Shown piece after piece: positions 18,901 to 28,400 of a stretch of 34,619 nt of DNA (position 1 is the first letter of the stretch; each line of letters opens with the position of its first letter). Below the pieces are notes generated by a model. It saw nothing but the letters and a program-made list of their open reading frames with translations, had not been told where the DNA came from and ran no database searches. This DNA is from a virus. Lineage: Duplodnaviria; Caudoviricetes. A program made the position numbers and the translations under genes. The DNA lies in IMG/VR virus record IMGVR_UViG_3300021356_000072, positions 1-34,619 of that record; one strand, given 5' to 3'.

Positions 18901-20852
18901 ATCAACATACATTTGTTGGTGTTGGTTCTTACAGAGAATTTGAATTAACTGTTGATCGCGTATTCCAATCTAAGTTCTCTGGATGGAACGTTGGTGAATT
19001 TATTGTTCTTGATGAGATTGAGCAATTCTTCAATGGGCAAAGAAGACTGTTCCCACTATCTGTTAACGGCGAAAGTATCTCGTTCTTCGCTAGATCAAAC
19101 TCTGGTATTAATCTTCAGTCTAACCTGTTGGTATTTGTCAATGATATCCTGCAAACACCTGGAGAAGGTTATCAGTTCACTGGTGGTAGCACCATCAGAT
19201 TTACAGAAGCACCTAAAGGTGGTGTTACTGGATTCACAACAGAGGGTGATAGAGCAAAAATCTTTATGTACACAGGTACACAAAGCATTGACGTTCGTAC
19301 TGTAGATGTTCTACCATCTGTTGAAGTTGGTGATGAGATTCAACTTTACAGTAACCAAGATACTACATTCATTCAAGATCCAAGACTTGTAATGGATATT
19401 AAGGCAGCGGATAAGGTTATTACTAATAACTATGCGGGTCAAGGTGTGACTTTGAATGAACTCTTTGAAAGACCACTGTCATGGTCTAAGCAAAAAGTAG
19501 ATAAAATTATTGATAATGTTTATATTGGTAAGGATAGAGTTTACTATGAACCAGTAATTAATCCAAACACAAATATTATTAGCAATGTTGGTGTAGCAGA
19601 TAGTTCTGTGTATGTCTATGATGTTAGACCACTATTTGATAATCCTTTTGAAGGTATATCTGCAACTGAACGAGCAGAGATTGAAATTGTATCTCAAGAT
19701 AGACTAGAAGGTGCAACTGCATCTGCTGTAGTTGGTACTGGTGGATCTATTGCCAATCTCTTGATTACAAATATTGGATATGGGTATACTACTGCTCCCG
19801 AGGTGACAATTGCCAAACCATATGGTGACGGAACACAGGCTGTTGGTAGTGTTACTATTGGTGCTGGAGGAACTGTAACTTCTGCAACAGTTAGTGTTGG
19901 TGGAACGAATTACTTCTATGGACCAATGTCATCTATGACAGTGTTCTCTCAAGGCACAGGGTTCCCACCAATTAGTGCTCCAAATAATGTATTCAGGGGA
20001 GCAAGATTAAAGAGTGAAACTGGAATTGGTTTTGGTGCAATTGCTGACATTGAAATTAGTACACTTAACTTCTCCGTAGCATCTATTAGTGTGCTTGAGG
20101 GTGGAGCAAATTATCAAGTTGGAGATAAATTGTTTGTTGATACCTTTGATAATGTAGGTCTTGCGACAACTTCAAGAAAGTGGGCACTTGCTGCTCCGAT
20201 TAAATTTACTGTTGCTAGTATTGAACCACCATCTGTTCTCATTGCACCGCCAAAGAGAAGTCTTGAAGAATCCAGATTTGTTAGTTATGAAGGTGATTAT
20301 GGACTAGTAGTTGGTGTTGGTACAACAGTAATTGGTGCTGGAACAAGTATGGGTGTAGTCTTTGACCTATACATACCGATGGATTCTGATCTTAGAAGTG
20401 GAGTTAATGTTACTTTACCAGGAATCACTACAGGAGACTTGTTCAACTTAACTAAAACTAACTTTGTAAGTGCTGCTCAAACTTCCCTCAGTGCTGATGG
20501 ATCTATAATTGGTATCTCTACACTTCATGGAGATATGACTTATGAATGTATTGATTACTATACGAAGCAATCCATAATTCCTGCAGGTATTAATGGACTC
20601 GGAACCACTGTTGGATTTGGAACAACAGTAACTTCTGTTGTTGTTGCTCTACAAAGTGCTGGATCAAATAATGTAGTTGGTGTTGCTACAACAGCACTTT
20701 ATGGATGCTACACATGGGGTAAAGTTGGTCTTCCAGTAAGAATTGGACCTAGAAACTGGACCATAGGTCATAATGGACTGCAAGCTGGTATTGGAACTAA
20801 TCCAATATTAAGACGCAAAAATCCACTGAAATATCTTGGTTATATTTCCTAA
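6996..20852 (+). CDS. gp7: Giant baseplate wedge initiator gp7-like protein (4618 aa) with many inserted domains
   Basis: Lies between gp6 and gp8. N-terminal FVEFLVDYY...IKDFYAAKG..SFEVLFKLLYG and internal DNDYYQYFSY...HTAGFKKF segments. Many GxGY and Thr/Gly-rich repeats. Confidence 0.85.
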   Translation: MQNRVQIKNLVQDQVPQYVRDQYPEFVEFLVDYYRTLEDPGGPLDIVNNIDNYTALEQLAELVYKTDSTESVGYSTDIVRVTDTYGFPEKNGLIKINSELIHYKSKTPTSFNGCSRGFSGITSYYSSESIPPDFERSLVGIHSSGVDVFNLNALFLTELYRKYKRQYAPGFDDIQFFEAINEKVAVARIKDFYAAKGANSSFEVLFKLLYGVDVDVIKPRDFLIQPSDADYRITRDLVVERLIGDPEELVNRTLYQDPTDKIQKAAGTITDVEKIFRDGEEYYRLSLDYNPELETFVFTVHPKTRVTNPVSIGQTYIDVDSTLSFDNEGTLVIFDNEVEYQIEYGSKSSTQFFGLSSPVALSLNQNITTPDYAYATVEGDEIRVKVTGVLGDLEFNREDSYYYQSGDQIEIVSLGTNSDDYRTKSWIINSTPEYEISELTQVALKLNGAAQYRVKTFDPHIFTLGDIGTVTGSDGNQYDIFVIAVSDEYEFDINLTTVINTTQVKYTIRKGVSKTESISNPQLNIMSANVQNVYVDDEDTYVVASSLPDYYNTPITVEDLSVTFSGQFDGEDITIGANAFTTGDAINYSYNNNIGLDILEGQYFVFKVNSSTIRLATSRSNIRSGIFVKVFGTVFNNKFELLRFQNQTLQPQDVIRKFSPPKPADDPEEAITVPGNIGMLVNGVEIINYKSSDTVYYGPIKSINVSAPGDSNYDVINPPIITIDDNIGIGNTTFGTGAEAVVNVKGSLSRINIIDKGFDYVEEPKVTISGGNGNSAEAKCNISKVVHSVSFNAGSLYNNLNLADNTIGFSTDHRFRDLEKVLYSRQDQDAVGGLVDDNIYFVKKISPTTIRLHNTLEDAIVGLNTVNFTSYGDGLQKIIAFDKKNVVSSVEIVNPGEGYTNKTLFFEEDHVNNYDNKIEYPNHGYNNREIIRFNSEGTLPVGLNSTSEYYVSVVDKDSFRVAEYRPVGVGSTLPSDYNYINRRFVDFTDGGTGIHNISYRPITVSLEAPIGITTTSGQDFFAKIEPVFTGDITSISLKNRGNGYGDENVINYNRQPNITLSSGSGAQLSAIVSSAGIIIGIIVNFGGSGYNSPPEIRTIGAGDGAILTPIIENGVITEVRIIDGGFGYKQVDTVVQVVPTGSGAQFRANITSWSVNYIEKIIQSEKLNPDDGIITSALSVEKGLQYVHGYAGREFRRKVLATSIDIDGNPIYRDDIENDTNSVLYHSPIIGWAYDGHPIYGPYGYADKEGGAVKRLQTSYSLQLKANRPGTAQFPAGIFLEDYSYVGDGDLDIHNGRYCKTPEFPNGIYAYFATINSTPESSGPLNGYKKPLFPYIIGDSYKSKPISYNFERLSNTLFYNINESGWVRYTGHLGLLNNYTKYSGFLQPDDFSEGFTEIETTSPGELSRLNIVSPGDNYSLADQIFFDNQGSGGSGAYARITEIEGKSVQNIQYNQFVLNNVQFTPFKQDGRYVGFGSTAHGYKDGDIVSIQNLNILSTQFSSSYPIGITTNTLVLTNTIGDAAATGIVTFFNVSGNMSFPTLSNNDIYQIDSELVRVLNVFQDDGRIRVQRSINGTSGIHTSGAEIIEQTRKLTVNTGFSTSTEYRLDKTYYFDPVESVIISAENLLLYSDPVPSGISTQWNYYTAGIGTGTINYYDSAAPDGTTEAAKVSFGSTTGSSDAFGLQYESVGLSADDYVASVFLRGDIGGEEVYLILEDGLTYHNSKVTLTKKWQRFSFQAFTSAGQHRFKIGTFGSQGLVTNITSTIYVWGAQVEQGVLRSTYYSTQGSALTRNQNKSGLLYISNPGLSQESIVNPRLNTFFLPEHGFKTNDFLTYNVGAGGTGVSVSIAATTFPLENDDKLYIAAYDDNFIGISTMKVGVGSTGGFVGVGTEPLKLFSLSDYGGGEIHSFTTNNELTIVGDVYKKTATVTTKLAHNLGDGDGVSINVTSGIQTSFRITYDDVNRRMLVNPRNFIDSDVDINRNSITIPNHGFRNGEKVIFNSSSAPVGLTNSALYYVIKLDDDTISLSNYYYEVISSNENVEIINIETQSFGKLSSVNPEITGVRDSTIVFDLSDQTLVANSLPAFNFYLYTDEELTDEFFFAEKIQKEFDFLGDDAPETNAFSVKTSGVVGDPNAKLELIIDDSVPTNLFYNLVPIEYNGASIDKLGIINDRFNIRNSNKLSIIDSGYNLTTRITGVTSTSFNYTLRDTPEREFYPDNEANIKYSTTSLTAIGPVNKVQLDSAGRGYRSLPNVSKVVSAGGTGAIFLPSSTRIGKADSVVLTDIGFDYPPDKTLRPIAQFPYTYKIEPLSKFDTIKINNPGVNYFIPPQLVVLDGFTGRVNSEVSLDYNIGDTEVTIVRNTTGLYNVTPKILPINNPNGVRIQSISFDSSTKDVVIGFAVTFSSSQDYPFKVGDKVIVENTNTDTTVSNPKGFNSADYEYTLFTLTAVDPDLLGDNPTITYNLADYLKAGEQPGNFDSFDSFGTVTPESYFPQFDIELEKDSFRAGEVIIAQDDNVGVVQSYDLRNEYLRVRSKVPFSQNDLIIGQSSQNKGLISSVDGISSKYKIGSNSITKKGWLKDTGKLNQFFQRMHDNDYYQYFSYSVRSSISYEKWNPIVSNLNHTAGFKKFSELIIDSYDPTISGIQTAQDLNTVVAISDLTNIVDINTVKDFDIAREKSIDVSGTLVSNEVLFNLPFLAKYQEFIGNRVLTIDDFSDQFNGVQRGFELFTDRNPIFEIEFNGSDAANISVGEGTINVLNHYFVSGELIQYIPPDNNRANAIQIQETDFGVGIGTTTFLPSQFFIIKQDNQKVRVATSATNALLFNPIGVGLTGVGIGSTHIFRAIEPNNRLLVTINGTIQSPMVGTAVTTALTANVGIGSTVIDVVGITSIFGGDILRVNDEVMLIAASDNTNNTLTVRRGWMGSVEASHSSSDVMTKQSGNYAVVRNTIHFIEGPWGNLPVGLGTTAQDAGDVDYSGLTTSSRFSGRIFLRSALNQAFTTSFLPAYDNNYIYDDISDQFNGITTSFTLKYEGADIDNVTAENTIILIDDIFQGPQRLGNVLTNIEGDYKLEAGGGALQLGFNGQVTDPSNHNDINVNKLPKGGVIVSVESKEGYGFQPLVGAGATALVSAAGTITSISIGNTGSGYRSGLQTVSVGIQTASYGPANITPVGVATVVDGHVVGVAITNSKVFYAPREVANIGYSSVTGVTTVTTTTPHNLQLGSEVQIVGAAFTCDYYPPVDVTNALYDTTTGIMTVTTGVSTFTVTDFTYDNTTGLATVTTLEPMKIVPMTAIGRSFSLAGLALSCVGYGNTIAVYDFQYDNTTGLATVFTTADHGLSASDDFKMRELIFSCNVGGPTGYGQTFTITQFKYDNVTGLSTITTSDPITGIIGIGSDIRLDNLEFSCPGGSGITTTIFPDGTQGNTFTVTNVIASDQFELNVGVSTIPHTYVENDAGQVTAGLTTTKFPDGSQGYFFNVNSVGTTTSFTVNVGVSSISHAYVSGGVVQTGITTNIFPGNAQNSPLGDTFIVTSAPNWNQLTFNVGISTIPHNYLSGGSLTFGHKLKVGTDVALTGLAFTCSYDGGVGILTHPRVSDPTYCGTQVTRINSIDEFEINVGVSTAESFYTSGGIVEEIILAPRPINNSPSGQDPATNGTSIVKVIDEFSFIINSGPSPYTHAYKRCGEVRVPVDVVIDQPLPYFNVPLIYAEGNTGFGTGATVDLVPSLDSTMLNFEVNNFGYGYGSGEKLTVAIGGTTGIQTFAAKTSNAILPVVAGGDYPHTFVSAEEGSVTVTGIGTTTPTGATYSGSTGELVLTIPGHSYTTSNTVGIGTSTIAFTCGSDGNQSVLYYPKPTDPIAGIVTGITTTTANTITLFVGITTLVKYPVTDATYDPDTGFSVLTIGPHNLTTANTIRLANESLLFKCSLDGYSTIEAYPRPNKDTNIYGKSVGITSYTADSITVFAGPSPEGLRYQHTFVGVGSYREFELTVDRVFQSKFSGWNVGEFIVLDEIEQFFNGQRRLFPLSVNGESISFFARSNSGINLQSNLLVFVNDILQTPGEGYQFTGGSTIRFTEAPKGGVTGFTTEGDRAKIFMYTGTQSIDVRTVDVLPSVEVGDEIQLYSNQDTTFIQDPRLVMDIKAADKVITNNYAGQGVTLNELFERPLSWSKQKVDKIIDNVYIGKDRVYYEPVINPNTNIISNVGVADSSVYVYDVRPLFDNPFEGISATERAEIEIVSQDRLEGATASAVVGTGGSIANLLITNIGYGYTTAPEVTIAKPYGDGTQAVGSVTIGAGGTVTSATVSVGGTNYFYGPMSSMTVFSQGTGFPPISAPNNVFRGARLKSETGIGFGAIADIEISTLNFSVASISVLEGGANYQVGDKLFVDTFDNVGLATTSRKWALAAPIKFTVASIEPPSVLIAPPKRSLEESRFVSYEGDYGLVVGVGTTVIGAGTSMGVVFDLYIPMDSDLRSGVNVTLPGITTGDLFNLTKTNFVSAAQTSLSADGSIIGISTLHGDMTYECIDYYTKQSIIPAGINGLGTTVGFGTTVTSVVVALQSAGSNNVVGVATTALYGCYTWGKVGLPVRIGPRNWTIGHNGLQAGIGTNPILRRKNPLKYLGYIS

Positions 20853-20858
20853 TAAATA
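20851..20858 (+). promoter_or_regulatory. T4-type late promoter (AATAAATA)
   Basis: Overlaps the gp7 stop, 26 nt before the gp8 ATG. Confidence 0.7.
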
Positions 20859-20884
20859 GATCATAGAAAAAGTTCTTTCAACAA

Positions 20885-22468
20885 ATGGCAGCAATTATAA
20901 CTGACTTATTGAGAGTAAACAACGCTAGGAACTTTATTGAGAAAATTAGGGACGCCAATAGATCGTATTACACGTTCATCGGTCTCCCTAATGCCTCTGA
21001 AGTTGCGGCGTCGTGGGATACTTCCCCACCCTCTCCCAGAGACTGCTTCGATGATGCGAACACGTATTATGATACGATGCTCGCTCTCAAGAAGATATCT
21101 GCTGATGATATTCGACCAGTTGTTAGAAAGATTGGGTGGGCGTCCGCAACCATCTATGACATGTATCGTCATGATGTAAATCGTAATAATTTATCTAAGC
21201 CATCAAACAAAACAAGTTTGTATGCGTCTAACTATTATGTTGTAAACAGTGAGTTCCGTGTTTACATCTGCCTTAACAATGGTATTGACCCAGAGAACCC
21301 AAACGGCAGACCTTCTTTGGACGAACCTCTCTTTACTGACCTAGAACCAAGAGCTGCAGGTACTAGTGGTGATGGTTATATTTGGAAATATCTTTATACT
21401 ATTAGTCCTAGTGATGTTATTAAATTTGACTCTTTGAATTTTATTCCACTCCCTGTTGATTGGGAGACTAATGCAGTCTATCAAACAGTTAGAAATAATG
21501 CAATTACTAGTGGACAGTTAAAGACTGTCACTATTACAAACAGAGGATTCCTTGTTGGACCTCCAAATATCACATACTCTAGAGTTCCTATCAGAGGAGA
21601 TGGAACTGGTGCAGAGTGTACGATTGTTGTTAACAATGACTCAAAAGTAGAGTCAATTACCGTATCTAATGGTGGTAGTGGATACACTTACGGAAGTGTT
21701 GACTTGGTTGGAGGTAATGTTCCTACTGGATCAACAACACCAACTTTTGATGTTATTATTCCACCTCCAGGTGGTCACGGAGCTGACGTTTATTCGGAAC
21801 TTGGGTCCACTAACGTTCTGATTTACTCCAGAATTGAGAATGATGAGCAAAATCCAGACTTTGTTACTGGAGCAGCTGTTGCAAGAATTGGTATTGTAGA
21901 AAATCCAAAAGGATTCCAATCCAATACAATTTTGACTGATGATAGAGCAAGTGGTCTTTATGGATTGGTGTTAAAAGGTCAAGCACCAAATCAAGATGAC
22001 TTTAAAACAACTACATTTGAACCAAATACCGTTATCACCCAAACTGTAGGAACTGGTGTTACTGCTGTAGGTAGAGTTATCTCATATAACGCACAAACAG
22101 GCGTTTTAAGATACTGGCAAGATAGATCTCTTGTTGGATTTAACACTGATGGTACTCAGAGAAGTAATCCAGAGTATGGATTCTCTCAAAACAATTTTAC
22201 ATCCACTCTTCAAACTGGAGGTTCTCTAAAGATTGTAGGTGGAAGTAAGGAATTGTTTATTGATGAAGGGTTCGGAACTGATACCAATCCAGGTATTAGT
22301 ACCGTCATAAATAATAAGACATACTACCTGGGACAGACTTATATTAAGGGTGTAGCAAGTCCAGAAGTTGAAAAATACTCTGGAACAATACTTTACGTAG
22401 ATAATAGACCCTCGATTACTAGGTCAGTAAACCAAAGAGAAGATATCAAAGTTATTTTGCAATTCTAA
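20885..22468 (+). CDS. gp8: Baseplate wedge subunit gp8
   Basis: 527 aa; YDMYRHD, NYYVVNSEFRVYICLNN, DGYIWKYLY and C-terminal YVDNRPSITRSVNQREDIKVILQF match gp8. Confidence 0.92.
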   Translation: MAAIITDLLRVNNARNFIEKIRDANRSYYTFIGLPNASEVAASWDTSPPSPRDCFDDANTYYDTMLALKKISADDIRPVVRKIGWASATIYDMYRHDVNRNNLSKPSNKTSLYASNYYVVNSEFRVYICLNNGIDPENPNGRPSLDEPLFTDLEPRAAGTSGDGYIWKYLYTISPSDVIKFDSLNFIPLPVDWETNAVYQTVRNNAITSGQLKTVTITNRGFLVGPPNITYSRVPIRGDGTGAECTIVVNNDSKVESITVSNGGSGYTYGSVDLVGGNVPTGSTTPTFDVIIPPPGGHGADVYSELGSTNVLIYSRIENDEQNPDFVTGAAVARIGIVENPKGFQSNTILTDDRASGLYGLVLKGQAPNQDDFKTTTFEPNTVITQTVGTGVTAVGRVISYNAQTGVLRYWQDRSLVGFNTDGTQRSNPEYGFSQNNFTSTLQTGGSLKIVGGSKELFIDEGFGTDTNPGISTVINNKTYYLGQTYIKGVASPEVEKYSGTILYVDNRPSITRSVNQREDIKVILQF

Positions 22469-22474
22469 AGGATT

Positions 22475-25400
22475 ATGCCACAAGAAACTAATCTCAACGT
22501 ATCTCCTTATTTTGACGACTTTGATCCAGCGAAGAATTACTACCGAGTATTATTCAAGCCAGGTCTGCCAGTTCAAGCAAGGGAGTTAACGTCACTCCAA
22601 GCCGTCCTTCAAGATCAAGTTGAACAAATCGGAACCCACTTATTCAAGGAGGGTTCTATTGTCATACCTGGTCAGATTAACTACAATAATACACTTTTTG
22701 CAGTTGAAGTTGAACCAGAGTACCTCGGTATTCCTATTGATAGTTATGCTGACGAGCTGGTCAACGTCTATATTAGAGGTCAAAACTCTAATGTACTTGC
22801 AAAAATTGTTTTTTATGAGGGAACAGCAGCATCTGAACGTGGATATTACACGTTCTTTGTAAGTTATGTTGGTGCTGGTAATGAGGGTAAAGATACTTTT
22901 GATGATGATGAGACTCTCCTTTTAGAAGATAATCTTTCAACTGATGTAGTAAACTTCCAGAGCGGTCAAGGATTTGCAAACACTGCACCAATCAACTCAA
23001 CATCTATTGGTTCTGCAGTATTTTTAACAGAAGGTGTATACTTTCTGCGTGGAACTTTTGTGAAGGTTCCTGGTCAGACTCTTGTTCTCGATGCACATAA
23101 ATCTGACCCATCCTATAGAGTTGGTCTTGAGATTTTTGAAGAGGTTATTTCTTCTGGACAAGATAATACCCTTACTGACAATGCAAAGGGATTTAATAAC
23201 TATGCTGCACCTGGTGCAGATAGACTAAAAATTAGTGCTGTACTTTCTAAGAAACCACTAGAGTCTGATAAAAGTGAAAACTTTGTTCAGTTGATGCTCA
23301 TCAGAGATGGTAGTTTACAGCATATTCAAGATAGAACACAATATAATGAGTTAGCAGAAGAGCTGGCAAGAAGAACCTACGATCAGTCTGGTGACTTTTA
23401 TGTAAAACCATTCTCTATTCATGCTAGAGAATCTCTTGATGATCGTAAAGGTAATAATGGTATCTTTACAAAAGACCAATTAACATACAACAATAATATT
23501 CCTAGCGAAGATCTTGGTACATACAAGATCTCTCCAGGTAAAGCATTTATTCGTGGTTTTGAAGTAGATTCTGGAACAGTTCATTATCTGGATTTTGAAA
23601 AGACTAGAACTGTCAAAACATTAAAGGACCAAGCAGTTAATTATTTTACTGGTCCAACTTTAACACTGAATAGAACTTTCGGTGCTCCTAGAATTGGATT
23701 CAGTACTTCTTCAACTATTAGTCTTAGAGATTCTAGAATTGGTGTCACAAGTACAACACCTGCAGGTAAAGAGATTGGTCTTGCCCGCGTATATGACCAT
23801 GCATTAGAATCTGGATCATATTCTAGTGTAGCATCTGATATTAATGAGTGGGATATTACTCTGTATGATATCCAACCATATACTGAGATTAGCATTAATC
23901 AGTCAACTACACTGAATGTACCAACTTATATTGAAGGTAAGTCTAGTGGTGCAACAGCACACTTGCGTTTTAATAGCACTACTGGTATTGTAACCGCTTA
24001 TGGGACAAAGGGTTCTTTCCTTAAGGGAGAGAAGTTGGTATTTAATGGTGTTGATGATGGAAGGATCTCAACAGCAGTTACAGAATATAGTGTTGCTGAT
24101 GTAAAATCTCTGTACAGTAGCGTTGGTGCTGGTCAGACCTTTAACAGCGATGTTAAGCAATATGCTAAAGCCGAATTTAGTGGAATCACTATTTCTCCTA
24201 AGTCGGGATCTGCACCAGGAATCTCTACAGTAACATCTTCTGAGCAATTGTTCACTAATGTTGTAAAAATTGGAGATCTGGTATCATTTACTAATAGTCT
24301 TCTTGGAAGTACATCGGTTAAGACTTATGCGAAAGTTGACAGTATTACTGATTCTAATAATATTATCATTTCTGGCATTACTACAGTACCACTTATTAAT
24401 GACGGCGGTTTGCCAACCGCAAGCATTAATCCCTCAGATTTTAAGATCCTCGGATCAAGATTCCAATCCTCAACCGACAATACTTTATACACTCCTCTGC
24501 CAAAACAGTTCGTCTCCACAGTAGACCTTACAAAATCAACAATCTCTATTAAGAGAGAGTTTAACGTAACAATTACTGCTAACGCAACTAATACCATTCA
24601 AGCAGGAGAGAATGAGACATTCCTCCCCTATGATGAAGAGCGTTATGTTCTTATCAATAGTCAAGGTGGATTTGAAATCCTAACTGCGGATAAATTCAGA
24701 TACACAAATGGTGGCAGAGAGTTAAGAATTTTTGGTCTTGATGTTACTGGTTCTGGACGTTTAATTGCAACTTTAAGCAAGACTAATGTAACCAATAAAG
24801 TTAAAAACTCAATCAAGACAAACTCAATTATTGTCAATAAATCTAAACTTTCTTCATCTGGTATTGGATCAACCACATTAAATGATGGTCTTACCTATGG
24901 ATCTTATGGTTATGGTCTAAGAGTTCAAGATAGAGAAATTTGCCTTCTTGAACCAGACGTAATTAAGGTTTATGGTGTATTTGAAGCAAATGATACTGGG
25001 GTTGCAAATCTTCCATCAATTTCCCTGTTCAATCTAAATGGACCAACAGGTAAAACTGAAGACTTTGTTATTGGTGAAGAAATTATTGGTCAAACTAGTG
25101 GTGCAATTGGTCTTTTTATTGAGAGACCGAATTCTGCTTCTGCAAGCATCGTATATCTGAATGACTTGCGTTTTGAAATCGGAGAATCTGTTCTTACAGA
25201 AACTACAGGTATTACGGGTACAATTAACGACTTTGATGAGGGTGATGAGAACATTCTTAATCGCTTCACCTTAGATTCTGGTCATAGAGATACTATTGTA
25301 GATTACTCTCGACTGATTAGAAAACCAAGTGCTAAAGCACCAAGAAGACAACTGAGAATTATTTTTGAATCTGCGGAATATACTGATTCTACTGAAGGAG

Positions 25401-28400
25401 ATCTGACAACAGTATCTTCTTATGATCAATTTGATTATTGTGATCTTCCAATTCTCAGAGATGATACAAGATTAACCGATGTTATTGATATTAGACCAAG
25501 AGTAAGGCAGTTTGATTCTAATTCAAGTTCTGTATCTCCTTTTGAGTTCAATTCAAGATCTTTTGAAGATGGAACAAACTCTGCTAAAAATATTCTTGCT
25601 TCTGATGAGTCCATTCTCATAACTTATGGTCACTATCTTCCTAGAATTGATAAACTGTACTTTAATCCAGACGGAGGATTCCAACTGCTGAAGGGTGTTC
25701 CTAGTGAGTCTCCCCTTCCCCCACTTCCAATTGAAAATGCTCTGGAAGTGGCAACAATGGAACTTCCACCATATATCTGTAATGCAGAGAATGTAAGCAT
25801 TTCTTTGAAGTCTCACAAGAGATACAGAATGCAAGACATTGCACTTCTGGAAGACAGAATTAAAAATCTTGAATATTATACTGCTTTGTCTCTGCTCGAA
25901 GCAAAGACCGAAGCATTAATCATTCCAGATGAAAGTGGTCTGACTAGATTCAAGTCTGGTATTTTTGTTGACAATTTTACAACTACCAGGAATCAACTCA
26001 AAGCTGGTAATATTACCAACTCTATTGACCCAATTAATACTGAACTGAGACCTTCTCACTTCACAACTGAAGTTGATATGTTAATTGGTTCTAGATCTCT
26101 AATTGGCATTGGAACCACAGCAAATCCAAATGTAAGTCCTGCATTTGTAACCGACATTGTGGGTTCTAACTACAGAAGAACTGGACAGGTAATTACTATT
26201 AACTATGTTGATAGTCTTGAAATTCAAAACCCATTTGCAACGAGAATTGAGAATGTAACTCCATATCTGGTTACAACTTATACTGGTAATATTGAACTCT
26301 TCCCAACCTCAGATATCTGGATTGACCAGGTAAGATTGGCACCACAGAGAATCAATGTAGATGACTACACTCAAACAAGATTACAACTTGAGTTTGCTGG
26401 TTATGATGCACAATCAGGTCTTGGACCTGTACGTTGGGGTGCTTGGGCAGCAACATGGACTGGATCTTCTTCTACATCCACAAGCAATAGAGTTCAAACG
26501 GGTAGCAGACAAACTCAAAGTGGTAGAACAATTACCACCACCAATACCTTTAGAACAACAACTACTACAACTACTACTAGAACTGGTACTGAAAACAGAA
26601 CTGGTGAAAGACTTAGAGTTTCTGAACAGACTGAGGTCATCAATGAAGGTGATAGAGTTGTAAGTTCTGATGTGATCGCATTTATGAGATCACGTAACAT
26701 TGAATTTACAGGTAGAAAGTTTAAACCAAGAACTAGAGTTTATGGATTCTTTGATGGTACTAATGTAAACAACTTCATTGTTCCAAAACTACTTGAAATT
26801 AGAATGATTAGTGGATCATTCTCTGTTGGTGAGACTGTAACTGGTACAATGCCAACCAGTGCAACTCCTACTGTTGGAAATAGTACTCCAACTATTTCAT
26901 TCAGAGTTGCTCAGTCCAATCACAAATATGGACCAATTAATGCACCTACCGATGTATATACACTCAGTCCATATGACGAGAACTATACAATTCCTCAGAG
27001 CTATTCAAGTTCTTCCATCATTCTTAATGTAGACACCAGAACTCTCTCTGAGAGCAATCAGTCGCGTTATAGTGGTTGGGTTAGAACTGGTATGCGCCTT
27101 AGAGGTGCTAATGGTGAAGCAGAAGTTGTTGATGTTAAATTAGTAACCGATAGAATTGGAACTGTAATTGGCACATTCTTCATTCCAAATCCAAATAATC
27201 CAACAAACCCAACCTTTGAGGTAGGTACAAAGGTATTCAGACTTACCAGTAGTTCTGTTAATAGTAATCTTGGTGGTCTTACCACTACAAGTGGAGAAGA
27301 AGCATACTTTGCTTCGGGTACTCTTAACAATGTTCAGGAGACTATTAGATCTACTAGAAAACCAAGATTTGAGAGAGTAGCAGCATCCGAATCAAGACCT
27401 GCAACTGATGTACAGGTAACAACTGCAGTAACTAGCAGTACTCAGACTAGTGTTAGAGTCTTGCCACCTCCTCCTCCACCGCCACCACCACCGCCACCAC
27501 CACCAAGGCCAAGACCTTCGGCACCGAGACCTAATCCTCCAAGGCCACGTCCTGCGCCACCACCACGTCCTCCAAGACCTCCAAGACCCCCTCGTCCACC
27601 TCGTCCGCCACGTCCACCGAGACCACCGCGTAGAAGAGGTAAAGACCCCTTGGCACAATCATTCTCGATTGTTGATGATCCAGGAGCATTTGTAACTGAG
27701 GTTGAAGTATTCTTCAGAACGAAGGATCCACTTCTACCTGTCACAGTACAATTGAGACCAATGGTCAATGGATATCCTTCTAATGAAGTTTACCCATTTG
27801 GTGAAGTAATTCTTGAATCTGACGACGTTGAAGAATCCTTTGATGCAACAGTTCCTACAACTATTGTATTCCCAGCACCAGTTTATCTGAATGGTAATAC
27901 AGAGCATTGTGTTGTTCTTCTGTCTCAGTCCAACGAGTACACCGTTTGGATCTCCAGAATGGGTGAAGTTGATGTAAGCACACTGCTGCAAGCAGAGTCT
28001 AGACAAGTTCTTGTATCTGCACAACCACACCTCGGTTCTCTGTTCAAATCTCAGAATGGTTCTACTTGGAACGCTTCTCAGTATGAAGACCTTAAGATGA
28101 ATCTTTATACTGCAGGATTTGATGAGAGTGCTACTGTCTCCTTCTTTAATCCAGAACTTGACAGGGGTAATCAGCAAATTGCAAACCTTCCCAAGGATGC
28201 TCTTGAATTTGAATCTAAGCGTGTAATCGTTACTGCCAATGATATTATTGATACATCAAACTTTGTAATTGGTAACACTATTGTTCAAAAGGATGCAAAT
28301 GTAAGTGGTGACTATGTTGGTGCTGGTGGATCTGCCACAGGAGCTCTGACAATTGTCAATGCTGGTATTGGTTACACTCCATCTGATGGAAATCAATTCA

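Noticed and set aside
6996-20852. Intein, intron or diversity-generating retroelement as the cause of the gp7 size
   Set aside because: No intein splice or homing-endonuclease motifs recognised, the frame is uninterrupted, there is no reverse transcriptase, and I saw no near-identical nucleotide repeat pair; the repeats are diverged at DNA level.
27392-27768. Gly-rich, Trp/Arg-rich and His-rich ORFs in alternative frames
   Set aside because: By-products of the Pro/Arg codon tract in the 2550-aa gene.
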